Source: Styela clava (taxonomy: Eukaryota). From it: a stretch of DNA of 64,000 nt. Where the stretch lies: contig NC_135257.1 of assembly GCF_964204865.1 (NCBI RefSeq), positions 23,746,001 to 23,810,000 on the forward strand. Reading direction: 5' to 3'. The notes below the pieces were generated by a model. That model was not told the DNA's origin, did no database searches, and saw only the letters and a list, made by a program, of their open reading frames with translations. Position numbers and translations under genes: made by a program. Shown here in pieces: positions 13,701-28,700 of the stretch (positions are counted from its first letter, which is position 1; each line of letters begins with the position of its first letter).

Positions 13701-16700
13701 AATATTCGCTCCATCATGCACTATCATTAGGACCTTCTTGCATCTTTTACCTAAAAATTTAATTTTCCACAAAATCGAAATCGCTGTTTCTGTCTAGTGT
13801 TCTTGTTTTAGGGAAATTTGCTTGCAGTAGATCAAGCGCAATGTGGAAAGCTTCTGAAACTATACAAAATCATAATTATGCAATACGCAAACTTACTCGG
13901 GAGTACAGCATAAAAAAATTCATTTCTGGGCAATGTTACGAGCGAGCAAGTGTCGTGAACAAGTCCCGTTACAATTTTATTATAATATGAAGTCAGTTCT
14001 AAATATATTTAATCAGGTTTGTTTTATTCCAACCAGTGGTTGTTTAAGTTGTTTACTTTTATTTAATACGCCTGCAGAGGCCACCTATATAGGGTTTCGA
14101 TAATAATTCCCTTCGCAATTTAGAAAAGACTTTATTGACACCCTGTATTACGAATAATTCTTAACAAAATTTCTGAAAAAAATTAATTCATATAGTGTTT
14201 ATAAATATTCCATCAAAGTCTTTTATAACTTCAACCACAAAACCATTTTTGACATGAATGACAAATCAATTGCGCATTAGGCTGCGGTGATGGTATGTTC
14301 ACAATAACACAAGGAAATTATAAATTCCAGGGAAACTTAATTGATAGTTCAACAAATTTTAGCGAGAATCGAAAAACACTTAGATCTGCGAAACCTGTGT
14401 TTTATTGAAAAGATAAAGATCCGCTGATATTCATGATTCAGTAACCACAACATAATTGAAACAATAGATTGAAAATATCATTTTAATTTTTCGCGAGTCA
14501 TCGTCTCTTAATCATACTTTATGAAGTTTCTGTTTGTGGTGAACTATTGCACAAGTTTACAAATGCAAGGCAGATGTTTCACAAATAGTTCAATTATTTT
14601 TAAACGTGGAATGAGCGCGATCCCGATAGTAGCTCCTATCGGCGCAAAGCCTTGTTCGGAGCAAAGGACAAATAAGTCGTAAAAATATGTTGCACGCCAG
14701 ATTTATAAAGCGGACATTTTCCTTCCAAACTTCAGCCAGCAAAATACAAATTTCAAACGCCAGCTGTCGCATACAGAAGTCGCAGCAACTTGCTTGATTG
14801 ACAGGTGAAAACCACAAGTTAAAATATTAAATTATAAAATTATGTAAAAAACCATTTTTAATAAAGTTAATAACAAAAAAAAAACAGTAAATAAATAATA
14901 AAACTTTTTGGTGCGTCATAAATACCGCAATCTTTTATGAAATCAGAAACGTCAGCTTTTATAAATGTTATTTTTATTCGTCATTCAGTTGTTGCGATAT
15001 TTAATAAGAAATAATTGACTGTGATGAAATAATGTCTGAAATTGTGGGGAAAACCTGAGGAAGTTAAATATTTTCAGATTCATGAGTTGCTAGTTCACAA
15101 ACGATTCCCGTACATTTTATTAGTTTATTTGAAATCCGTTGCGCTCCACTCTTTGAGAGGAAATGGAATCGTAATAAATAATAACAAACTTTTTTCGTCG
15201 CCTCGCTGTATTTACTTTACACTTATGCTAACGAACTGTGTTCTCCTGGTTTGAACAATTATTTGTTAAAAAAAATTTGCACTTTTGTATTACAAACTAA
15301 GTTACGTGTCTTTTGCCTCAAGATACGATTTAACGTTTCTACGTTATTCACTCATATGTCAGCTTATAAAAGAAGACCGTAGGAATTTAAAATTGATCTT
15401 TCTAAATATTAAGGTCAACTCGACCTAAACATAGATCAGTTGAATAATCAATGTTTTTATGAATCCTGGATGTTCCCTTATTCCGGATTGGTATAAATGC
15501 AAAATTACGATTTCTCGGAGGTTCTGTAACAGTTTATATAACGATAAGTATTTTAACATTCACTGCGGTTTCACTTTTTATGGGAGAAATGAAATTGTAA
15601 CGCATAACAGACTGCAAACCATTTCCGTCGTCTCGCTGAGGCATTTCCACATATATTATAACGTGCTGTGTTCTTCCGATTTGAATAAATATATTTACAA
15701 ATGAAAAAAATGTTTCAGAAAAACTATTTTGGATTTCTAGTGAAAATATAGTTTAGCACCAAAAAAATGTCGCTTGACTGACATTATAGAGATTTTGAAA
15801 AAAAAAAAGAAAACATGAAACCTACCTAATACGAACAAACTTCTTGAAAATTGAGTTACGTGTCTTTTGCCTCAAGATACAATTTATCGTTTCTATGGGA
15901 TTTACTCCTAGGTAAATTGAAAAATAAAAAGAACCTCACTGAATTAAGGTCAACTATATTCAACCATGGCCTAATCAGATAACGGTTATTTCATCGCGCG
16001 ATGATTCTTTTTCAATGTTTATACGAACTCCCGAGTCCCGATGTCTCTTATTCAGAATTGTTATGAATAAAAATTTAATCACGAGGCCTCAGAGGTTAAT
16101 ATTGCCGTGACAAAGTTGGTACTGTGTGGATGTGATAATGTGTTGGCAAAGTTGATACAACGAGCCGATACGAATCGTAAGTTCAAAGGTCAATTAACCT
16201 GTTATATAACGAATTCAGGAATATATTAAGGTTCAAGGCCGCTGGTTCGTGAGCCGCTACTATTTTGAGAAGGGTTGGAAGCTTTTCGTCTTGAGTGAAC
16301 CATACTTTTAAGGCTGATACAAACTCAGTGTTGGCACCAAGTTCAAAGCATATATTTAAACGAGGCTCTGTCCAAGCCACTACTACATAAGCCGCTAGAA
16401 TTTTCGGGTTCTGAAATTTCTAATTGTCAACTTAGACCGGTATCCAGGCCTGACAGCGACTGTCAAAACAGCGACTGTCATAATGGCGACTTCATAATAG
16501 CGACGTTATCAAGTGAGCGACATTCCAAACAGCGATTGTATAAATGGCGACCGCATTAAAACAACGACTGTTATGATAGCGATTCAACTCGTGTTCACTG
16601 AGTTGAATTCACTGAGTCGAATTTCCTGGTCGGTCGTTGGAAGGTAACGCTAAGTCGTGTTAGGTTTAGGGTTGTCTCTGTTGTGGCAGTCGCTGTTTTA

Positions 16701-19700
16701 AATGAATCGCTGTCGTGAAGTCGATCTATTGACAGTCGCTGTTTTAAATTAATCGCTTTTGTGTGGTCGCTCTATTGACAGTCGCTTTTCTGACAGTCAC
16801 TATTTAGAACCCTGGTCGTTAGACCGTATCAGCTCGCTGGTCTGGCCACATATCAATTTTACTTTCTAATTTCTTGGTGTTCCGCGAGCGAGACGAGATA
16901 AAAAGCGTAGGTGTTCCGGTGAAAAAGGTTTGAGACGCTGCACAACGCCAATGCGCTATCGGCCAGGGTAGAATTAGCAAATTTATTGGACTGACTCATA
17001 GAGTTCAACAAAGTAGGTTCTTTCACTTTATCCACATAACTTTAAAATAGAAAACACTTAACTATAAAGCACCACAACCTGTTGTCGAAGTTTAAATCGC
17101 CAGATTAGGTATTGACGTCATCTAATCACCGCCTACCTAAGATGACGTATAGTTCATGTATGCAACTTAGAATCGAACAAGTGAGGTTATTTAGATTTAA
17201 ATTTTCCAAATATGGCAAAAATAATGCTCACGTATAACTGTTCCGTGTCATGCAGGTGTTCGCTCATCTGGGTAATTAGTATTTAAGAAGATATTAGTTT
17301 GAATGGCGGTGGCTCTTAATTCTATTTTCGAAGGTGTAAATAAGGTCGTGAGAACTGTATTTACTCCTTCATAGCTGTTTCGGATTGGCATGAATTGCTC
17401 CAAGTCTGGTGGCAATCGGTATTCACAGCCAAATCATACGTTGAATCAACGCATTGGCAAAGGTAGAGACAATTTAGTTTTGCTCTTGTACTTTCATACA
17501 GATGGGAAATTTCCATAAATTTTTGATCAAATGAAATTTCCATCACTCAAAAACGGCGAATATTTAATTGTTGCATTAGATAATTTAAACTGGCCCAAGA
17601 AGGAATATATTAAAAATTAGTGTTGAGACATAAAAATTGTAATATTTAACCAAATATAATGGGACGTAATTTAGGTTAAATTTATGATGTAATAAAATAA
17701 ATGAATAAGGAAACACAAATATGTCCATAATTATATTATTTAGACCGACGATATATATGGCATAAACACACAAAACTCCAGTGTTTTTAAGTTTTCTGCT
17801 TTAGAAAAATAACGATAAACACAGTCAGAAATGCGGTTTGCATACAAGTCAGAAACATAGTTTGACACTAATTCATGTCCTCGAGTAAACTTGCTTTGTT
17901 TTTGAATTCTAAAGATTCGCAAGAATTCGCCCCGGGTCGGATCAGCGCTTGATTGAATCGAGGATTACGCTTTGTTTTTCAATTTATTAAAAACGGATTA
18001 AACTGGAATTAACTGTCGAGTTATTTTCGGTTGTCGAGATATTTTGTGCGATCGCGTAAATCACGGGATATTTTGCGTAAATTGAAGTTTTGAGCCTTCA
18101 GGACGTTGCTAGCGTCATTTATTGCCACACCAAACCCAGGAAATTCCATACTGTCGAGTTCAAATACTCGATTTAAAATTATATTGCAATTATAAGACGT
18201 TTTCACGCAAGAAGGATTTTTCAAACTAATAATTGATTTTGTATAAGTTCAAAATTACGTCAAAAAAGCCACGTATTTAGAATCAAATAAAGAAGAATTT
18301 CAAACATTACTAATATTTCGCGAGATAACACTAATTCCAATTCCGCTTTAGGTTTTCACAATAACTTTCGCGGTAAATTTTCAAATTAGTTTTCAAACCT
18401 CCATCTTCGCAAATAGGTCAAAAACGCAACGACTGAATAAGTTTCATTCAAGCTGTCACAAATCACGGTCTTGAAATATAAACAGGAATATGAAAAGCGG
18501 ATTAGCAGGAGATGCGCCCAGTAACGGTGTCATGGCAGGTTAGATGTGTTTCCAAACAAAACATCGAAATTTCCGAGATTAAATCGGAGCTTCGCTGAGC
18601 AAACAAGGTTCGTATACACGAGGTTTAAATGCGCCATCCAATTTCAACAAGTTTGTGCACTAACGTCTACATCTGGGTATTCAAAAGTTTAATAAAATTA
18701 AACCAAAGGTTCATCTAATGCCAGTGTTTTTTTATTGATGATTCGCGATGATATTCTGATTCGTTTTAGATTCATAATTTTAGACAAACGTTTGATATTA
18801 AAAACTTGAAGATAAAAACACATATAGAATAAACCTGAAATAATTTGGATAAGGTTCGATATTCAGAATTTAATCGTAACTGCCTTCAATAATGGATATT
18901 ACTGACCAAAATTCATCCAGATTTCATGCTGGATTAAATTCAATTGTCCAACCAGAATTATATCTGAATGAATTTCAAAACATAACATTCTCAAAACATA
19001 ACATGGTTATTTTGCAGTTTTCATCATATTTCTGAATCAAAGGCTGCTTCTGTGCACTACCGATATCGTTTAGTGTTTGCGGTTGTAGGAGCAGCTTCAA
19101 TACATCGCCGTATTAATCCGAATTAAAGTTTTCATAACGCAAGTCTTGACAACTTTCAATAAACAAACATCAAGTTTAGAATTCCAATGACTGACATTAC
19201 AATCCTTCCGCTAGCGTCGTAGTGATGCGGATTGAAACCGATATCACAGCTTATAATGTAAAGAATAAGCTGCTCCATCTTGCCATTGATATTATGATCT
19301 GTTTCTTTGATTTTGTTTTAGGTTAGGATGAGTTTAACAGAGAAATAATCGTGACCCTAACTCAACTTATTCTAGTTCATCGCAATCATACCTTGATCAC
19401 CTATAATATGATGTACCTTACAGTAAGCTTTACGTGCTGAATAAGTAGGCGCATCTCGCGCCTGGTCGCTACACAAATCTTAGATATACGATATCTTGGG
19501 AATCCCACCCTACGATTTATATGAATTTTCCAATCAGATTGTCCTTACTGTATTTGTAATGTATCAAATGTCGGAAACACGTCTATCAGTTGTTGTGTAT
19601 AAGCCCTACGGACATGACATGGCCATATCTTACTTATTTATAAAAACGTATATTGTAGGTTTTAGACAAAAATGGGGAAAATTGAAAAGAATGTCCTGAG

Positions 19701-22700
19701 AAAATGAAGAAAACATAATTCTTACTCTCTCTCGTTTTTTTTTTGCAATATTTAAATTGCGTCAAACTATGATCAGATACAAACTTGAAGGAAACCTATT
19801 TCTTTATTATATTTTCGAAAATGTTTTTGTTGGTGACCGTACATTTGAACCCACGTACATTTGAACCCATATGTATATCCGTGGATTCAATCTATATGCG
19901 GGTGCTAAAACCCATGGGTTAGGGTTAGTATGGGTTCAAATATCGGTAAAACAAAAAAAAATTCCTTTAGGTGCAATAGTATGCAGGTGCAATTGTCGTG
20001 GGTTCAAATGTAATGGAACCGTTGTTGTTGAAATTTCAATATCCACCCTTTTTTCTCAAAACACTCAAAAAGAAATTTACTCACTCCATACAGCTGAACT
20101 GGCAGGTTGATCCTGGCTGGTTCTGGTTATCGCACGTGATCATTGAGTTTTCAGGAGGTTCGAGGAGCGGGCATTCATTGTTCGTTCGTCTGATATAGTT
20201 TTCATCAGCTGTAGGAAGATTTCTACCAGTTATTTGAAAATCACTCGAACATGCTGCTTTAATTCAGGAGAGTGTAACATTTTTTGTCGGTGGGCTATAT
20301 AATCAACTTCAGATATCTAGCTGTGCCACACACAAAACTGTACACAACGAAATTTAAATCCTCCCAATGCAAAATTTTATTTATTCAACATTTTAGTGGG
20401 ACAACTGGAATTTCGAGTTTTTGCATAGTTTGTTAACATCAGCTTTGGCAGAAGTTAAGATTTTATGCATGATGGGATAGAGTCTGAGTGTCGACAAGGG
20501 CCACACTAAATGGTTTTAAAACGCATGTTGCACGTCCCTGCTCGATTCGAATTTTGTCCAGATCAAAGCAATCAATATAGAGCGCAAGATGTAAAATTAA
20601 ATCTCATCGAATTTATAAGCGGGTTGAATTTTACTTGCTCACGCAGTGAAAAAATTCGAAGAAGTTCCAAGATAATTTTTACAAAAAACGCGCGGAAATG
20701 AGGACCAGATTCCGTGGATTCTTTCTATGTTTAACTAAACATATTACATCAATGTAAATTTTAAGTTCAGTCAAATGCGCACATGCTCTGCAATATATAA
20801 GAGTAAAGAATTGCCCATGTAGGAGTGATGGTTATAACTTTGTTGTTTGAAAATTTCTTTGAGCAAAGTGACGAAGTCATCTGTGTGGAAAAACAAGGTC
20901 TCGCACCGATTCTATATTTTTTTAACTATGCCACAGCAAAATAAATTTTAGTTAAGTCTCGTGTACAAAACATATTTTTATAGAACAATAACTGTCGCTC
21001 ATATATAGGTAATAGTGCCAGCTTTGATACCAATAAAAGCTTTCGAAATGAAAAATCATAAAATAAACTTACGGACGCATTCAGGTGGGGCGAGTACACT
21101 CCATGTTCTATCATTCCTGCATTCAGAGATTCTTGTTCCTTTAACTTTGTAGCCAGGCAGGCAGATCCATCGACATTTCGATCCAACGTTCACGCCGTCC
21201 GAACATTTAATATAACTGTATTCAGGCAGAGGGAGCTCCTTGAAACATTCTAGAATGAAGAATATAAGGTTGAGTGTGCATGAACCAAACTTAGAATGAA
21301 AAAATAACAGATTAGGTTGTTGAACGCGTATTCCTGCTGAGGCGAATACTGGCTTCATCATATGGAAAACGATGGCCTATATATCCTGTCACACGTCCAA
21401 TAGGCTTTTCAGATTCATGGCCTTGGGTAGCGAGTGAACACATGAACGAGCAGCATTGAACCACACTGCGACGGCGAAATTCTCTCGCGCATAACGGCAA
21501 GTCTTTACTTTGAACATTTCACTTAATTGCTAGTCGCACTTTTGGTGTTTGGCGTACAAATAGGTCTCTATGCTTTATATCCGGGGTGCACAACACGGGG
21601 CACTCGTGCCAAATTTGGCACGCCATACGCTCAAACATGGAACGCGAACGGTTTTGTTAACAAATTTTTTTTATTTATGATATACATTAATATCACGTTT
21701 ATATCAAAATCAGCAGTTTTTCAGAACATTAAATTGTTTCAATAAATAGATATTCGTTATTATGTATTATTATTGAAATTTGTTTGACGTGTTTTACGGG
21801 AGTTAATTTACAATACGAAAAATTGTGCGTGGCACGCGACAAGATTATTTTGAAATATTTAGCACGTGTCCTCATTTGAGTTGTGCACCCCTGCTCTATG
21901 TGACAGCACAATACCCCTCAGCGTAAAATGCCATTCGAATGGCGATTGAGGCCATGTATCCAACCAAATGCTCAACAACAACTGCCTAATACCTCCACTC
22001 CAGAACCTATATCGCTCGTAAATATTTTACGGACTGATTGAAATTTCCTGCTGAAATTTGAAACTAACCACACAGTCATACTGTTGGTGAATACGTTAAA
22101 TTCACTGGCATTGCAGTGTAATCGAATACGGTTCCATTACATTTGAACCCGTGTACATTTGAACCCACAACAATTGCCTGCATACTATTGCACCTATGGA
22201 AATTTTCATTGTTTTACGGATATTTGAACCCATACTAACCCTAACCCATGAGTTTTAGCACCCGCGTATTGATTGAACCCGCGGATATACACATGGGTTC
22301 AAATTTACATGGTTCAAATGCACGTGGGTTCAAATGTACGGTGACCATCGAATACATATGATAGGTCACATACATCTTCCTATTTTAATGTCACAAGCGG
22401 TAATTAAAAACTCATGAAACAAGCCTTTGATTATGGTTTCACTCGCTTAACCAGATGTAAAGTAGAAAATTTGCTCACTAAAGCTAGATCATGTGGTAGA
22501 AGACACAACTCTGAGCAAAACATCGGTTCATCATAGATATACCAAGATCTACTGAGAGTATGCAGAATTATGGTTGACCATTTCATGAAAAGGCTTAGAA
22601 GCACAGGGAATTCATCTCTGAGCAAAGTCATGCTCGACCATTGAAATGCCATGAACTACTATAATGGTGCATTCACTGCAGATTAGCGGGAGACTTAGAG

Positions 22701-25700
22701 CATCTTAGTTAGAGTGATACGAACAGGAAAACGCATATTAGGTAAAGAATTACACATAACTGAAATTCTCGTAAAAGGGTGTGCGCACTGACAATAAACA
22801 AACGAGAGATTATATACATTCGCTGTTGCAATATTCAAATTTCAAATTCCGAGGTTTTCTGGCATCTATGACGCGTTAGTTTATCAATCATGTGGTGAAT
22901 CCCTCGCTTAATCGGTTGTTGCTTTGTTATCGAATACACGGATCTTGTATTTTCAGACAGAATTAACAATGCCCTGCGGCGGTACGAGGTTAGGTTAGAT
23001 GTAAGGTTGAAGCTATCTCAGGACCTGATATGATATGGGCTAAAAGTCTAAGATAAGATCGAACTCCGGAATCAGGATATTTTTGGCCGTAAATGTTAGT
23101 GACGTAATATCTAAGGTTTGAAATACATGATGTTTTAAAAGACTGTATCATATAGTTACCTCAGTTGAAAATTAGTATGTAAAATTTTGCAAATCGAGGT
23201 TTTTATAGAAATAAGATGACAAAGTAAAAACCATTTACTTGGCAAAGCAAAGTAACTCATCACTAGTTAATTTTCATTTCGACAGCTTTCTTAAACAGCA
23301 GGCGCTCACAAAATGCTTTGCCGGTCCCATGCGGTCCGCGGGTCGTAGTTCGCTCATGCCTGTCCTAGGCGCATATATGATATGAGCGTAATATCCAAAA
23401 TCTTGGACTGAAGTGGATTTATCTCAGGGAATATATGATATTAGTGGTAAACTCAAGGTTATCTTAGGCCCATTTATGATGTGGGCAAAAATTATTCTCG
23501 CATATTTTCTGTCAATGTTATTTCCAGTATTGAAACTATCTCAGGATCATGGTACATGATATGAGCCAAATATATTTCCGAATACCACGAGACCCAAACC
23601 ATATAATATTCGCGAGCTTATCTCCCTCGGCCATTACAGATTAACATTCCCAGCCAAAGCGAAAGATTTGGTTCCGGATCAGTCTGACCGCTGTTATTAT
23701 TTCCATCTCCACATCAGCGCGATTTTGTCAAATTCTATAAAAATTAGTTTTGAGAATGAAAATATCTAGAAAAGAGTTTCTGCAAAGTTGGCAAATTTAA
23801 TGGATTATTAAAAATTGATGATTTTGATTTTTCATGGAATTAATCGTAAACAATGATTATGATTCATATGAGAAAATCACCTATAGTCTGCAATTATATT
23901 AATTATTCGTCGTTTTTATAAAATTGCGACGGTAATAAAGCGTTCCATTCTTCCGTGCCTCGAGATTCTAAACCACATTTCAAAATTCGGTACTCCCGTA
24001 GTATGTTAGCCAACTAAATATACCCCCTGCCCATAGGTTTCTGTCCATTTACACAACTTGATGTAAAGTAGGCGAACAAAATTAGTTACCTATATGTTGG
24101 TACACACACTTCTGGAGCGACAAAAATTCATCAAAATTGCCGTCTACAGAAATCACATCATATTCTCTATCACAGCGGTTCTCAATTTAATTTTTTGATT
24201 AAATTTTGAATAATTGTCAGCTGGTGTTACGCGCAACTCGCACTCTTGCTGCTTCAATAGTATATACTAGGTCAATGAATATGTATTACAATAATACCAG
24301 CTAAATTGAGATTATCAGTGAAACTACGTTGAATACAAAGTAAAATTTCTGTATTTTTTTTTCCAAAAGAACAAAATTCTTCTCTGCGGATAGGAAGCAC
24401 TGACAAAACATAGCAAAAATTTAAGATATCCAAATTATCCCTTCTAGAAATTGCAAGTGTTTATCACTATGCATGTTATTGACTATCATCAAGTGCGTGA
24501 TTTAAATTCAATGGTCGCTCTATGTTGCGTGCGCGTTAGAATGTATGACTCGAAATCTTAATTTATAATTGTATCGTCTCAATTATTACATAAAAATAAA
24601 TAAATTATGCAATCATTAGATTTGACGATCTGGGTATTCCGCTATGACTTGAGATATTACATCAGATAATTTAAAATTTCATAATATTCGAAATTTAAAT
24701 ACAATTTTATCATCGTGTACAATCTCTAAACCAGTATGCGCCTTCGTTTGTTAGTTATTTGGGTAATAATTTTTATCCGACTCAAGCCGTCCTACCGGCC
24801 TACATCTCTTCACGAACTAAACATTAAACACTAAACATTTTCCTATTTCATCCATATTCTTGAATTCGCCCAGACTGTCTCAAATGAAACTTTAATCCCG
24901 GAAATTGGTAAATTTTGCGGTTGCACGTTGGCTACATTTGGAAATGTTTTTATAGCTGATCCAGCAATTATTCCATAAAATTACAAAGCAATAAATATAA
25001 TATGTTACCGCAATTACCCTTTGTCACAATCCTTAATTAGAAAAAAATTCCGTGATTTTTATGGCTGTTTAAATCTATCAAGTCTAACAAGTGACGGCAT
25101 TGTCCGAGTTACGAGCAGATTCAGATTCTCCTTAAAGATTTACTTCTTTTGTATGAGCATCTACTTGTTCGCAGCCTTGTTTGGCGTTAACATATTTTGG
25201 TAAAATATTATTAGAACTCCTAAATACATATTTGCAGCTAAATATACACGCAGAAAAGTAAACTAGGCAACTTGCGCTAGTTCTTGCTTGGCTGATTGCA
25301 ACAGCAACGCGCTACTGACAGCTTCTTATTTATATGCGCCTCAAAGCTAGTGAATCTGTATTTACGCAACCATACAGTAAAGCAAGAATCAAATTAGCTA
25401 TGAGGTCTAGACTAGACCACTATTACTTTTTTTTTAGATGAATGAAACTTCAACTCACCGTGTAGACAAGGCATTTCAACTTCATTGCATAGATTACTTC
25501 GGCACATACACTTGCAAGCGACGTCTTTAATGCTGTGAATGAAGAACACTCGTAAGTGAATGAATAAATTTTAGAGAGAAATTTGTCGTAGTTAAAATGC
25601 CATGTCTGTCGTATCGACCGAACAATCGGGCAAACAATCCAGAACGGGCAGGATTCAGATTCATCAGCCCCCTCCCCGCATTTTAAAAATATATATATAT

Positions 25701-28700
25701 ATATAGCTACTTGCGCATCAATGGGTGCTTGTACAAGGCATATCGTTCGGGGTAAAGGAAGGGGTCAGAACAGTAGGAAATCGAGACCCACTTTTGCCTT
25801 CCAGTACGAATCTTCGTAATGCTGTAGCGGAAAAAATTTCTGTATTTTTAAGAATAGTGGACTCGTCTATCAGCAGTTGACACTTTTCTAGAGCAATGTT
25901 TTTAGTGAATGTTTGAAAAATACAAGCACTCACTTTTCCCTTCCAGAACAAGCCTTCGTGATGTCTCTCCCATTCTGTATCTGCTTTCCAAGTTCGGGTC
26001 TCCACTGGGCGCAACGTTTGGTTATCTTGGGAACTCCTTTCGAATATCGGACTTCGTTCAGACAGGCATCCTTGTCGTGAGGGCATTTGATGGTGTTTTT
26101 CATTCCTCTGCATGCTGTACATTGTGTGTGAGTGTTATACTATTATTTCATTATATTCGATACAATTCACATCGAGATCTTTTGATCGTAATTCAAACGA
26201 CGACATTATAAAATGTATAATTGGACAGCGTGTGCATGATCCAATAACTTAGGCTATTTCGGATTCCAGAAGTATAAAACTACACTAATAGATTTGAAGG
26301 AAACCAACTAATTCTTCAAGAACTACATCCTTATGAAATCTATTAAGTATTATTTCAACATAAGAACGATATTTATTCACAGATTATTGATACAGATCCT
26401 AGAAGCAGCTTTTCAACTGAGACATATTTACCCTTGTTGTCTATCTCTCCATTGCAAACGTAGCATTGCTGCGACATCCGGACGACCGTTTGTGCGATTT
26501 CTCCGATCTTTTCGCCGAACCCGCCGAGTCCTTGCACAATGAGAATGTATTCACGCTGTGGAGATGAATAAATGTGTTAGTTTTATAAGTTGGATATCTC
26601 GGGTTCAAGTCCCATATCCAACGCCACAGAGTGAACAAAATTGAAAAATATTCCGGCTTCTTCAAAAACACAACCCAAATAGTTATTTGGAGTTGCCAAA
26701 CAAAACAATAAATTCGATAAACTTAACATTCAGGAAGGTGTTTTACCGATACTGTTCACTTATTCTGCTTCAAAACTCCTTTCAATCTTTATATACTAAA
26801 GCGTGATGGGTACTCCTGAAGTTTGAGGACCAAGATGTCGCACAACCTGAACCCTAACCTGGTACACAACCTGAGTTACACAACCTGAGTTCAGGTTCAG
26901 CGCCATCCTGGTTCGCATACTTCAGGAGGTCCGAGTGATGCATCACCATAATTCTCCATGATTGGAGTAGCCATTTGCATTTTAGCGCTCTCACATAACC
27001 TTGCTCAGAGATGAGTCTCCTTTACTTCTGATTGAGTAAGTGCAATGCATCACCGTGATTTAATAAACCTCCAGTAGCCTTTAGTATTTTAGTCATCGTC
27101 TGCAACTTTCCTGAGCTGAGACTGCTTAGTTCTGGTAAGTGCGCGCAATGCACAGCCATATTGATTCTGTAGCTCTTGGCATTTCAGTGCTCGCTCTTAC
27201 CTTTATTTAAAATTAATCTCTTCTGAGTGAGCGTGCGTCATTTGGCCCAGATATCATTTTCTCCTTGCCTCCAAGTGGATACGATTGACTTTGTTTAAAG
27301 CAAATATTTTTTTTTTAAATAGAAACACAAAACAAAAACTCACTCCCGGCATAAGTTTCTGTAGGGTAGCGGATCTGGCTTGATCGTTCACATTTGTCGT
27401 CGAAGCAACATTTCCCGCCCTTTTTCCATCGACCCATTCTCGGGCTGTCACCCTGAATAAAAAGGTAATAGTTATAGCTAGAGAGATGGAACTTATTTTC
27501 AATGCAAAATCGAATCCGAATCTACATGGATATTGGCTCAACTCCGATTTCTTCTTCTGCTTTTATTTGATTACGACACTAGCATATGACATGCACTGAG
27601 AAATTATTTGTCTCTCCCATTTTTTTTAGTTCTATCCGCTTGAAATCCCAACCCCTCTCGCCCTTGATAAGCTCAAGGTTGCTGCTTTGTTAGACTCCTT
27701 ATTTATTAAAACACGGCTCCACTCCAATCTCATTATTTCAAAATATATTGAACGCAATGTCAGGGCCTTTCAATGGTTCGAATGTCGTTACAAAACTATT
27801 AATGATTCGTGCGGTACGCACTGTCAAAAACAGTAGTTTCATAACGCTAAAATTTCAAATTAGATATTTGAACATCGGGTGTCGCTGCTCGATAACTAGC
27901 TTTGGTTTCCCGTGACTTCCCTTCCCCAGTAAAACTGTAATTATCTTTTCTTACGTATTAGTTGTGTTCATTTTTTTTATTTACTGGTTGGAAAAAATAA
28001 AACTTGACTCGACAAAACTAAGAGATGAAACTCAAATTTTTAGCTCCGTATATTTCAGGAATCTGCCGCGGGCCTATCTGTTGCGTACAACGGCAAAATT
28101 CATTTTTACGTCGGTCCTGACATTAAACAGAAATGTTCAGTAAAAATCTGAAGAATATCCGAATATTTGAGATGTTTGAAATGAAAATCCGAGTTGAAAT
28201 GATAAATATATTTGTGCAAAAATATGAAATGTGAAAATTCGCTCTAAACAAGGTCAAGCGAGCTCACTCATGAACAAAAACCTTATCTCTGAACGGCGGA
28301 ATTTAACTCTAAACAGCATGAATCTCCAATCAACATTTCAATATAAACCAAAATTTTTTTTATTTTTTTTTTATTTTCAATTTTTCTTTTCAAGTCGTCA
28401 ATATTACATAAATGAATCTTTGAAGCGCGGATTGTTTTACGATTGTATACGTTAGGTAATGCGCCCTAATTGGGCTTTAATAGCAACCAGAAAACAAATT
28501 TTACGATTCTCATAAAGCGATGACAGCAAAACAATTTACGAGTTGTCGTTTATAAGTTATGGGCTGTCAAATTATGTGGCGGTTGAGGCCCTGTGATTTA
28601 TGTTCTACTTGACGATTTATTACAGGTTCAATTATGTAACGAAGTTTTATTTCCGTGGGCACGTGGCACTGGAACTGTTAGTGTAGTGCTCAGCAGACTG

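Noticed and set aside
17231-17546. Cys-containing ORF and donor-like sites as extra gene A exons
   Set aside because: No acceptor/phase combination fits, and CCP2 is complete without them.
17700-19200. Possible decayed coding sequence on minus (faint BACK/kelch or coiled-coil-like stretches) within the large intron
   Set aside because: Many stops and no diagnostic motif I can defend; needs tBLASTx.
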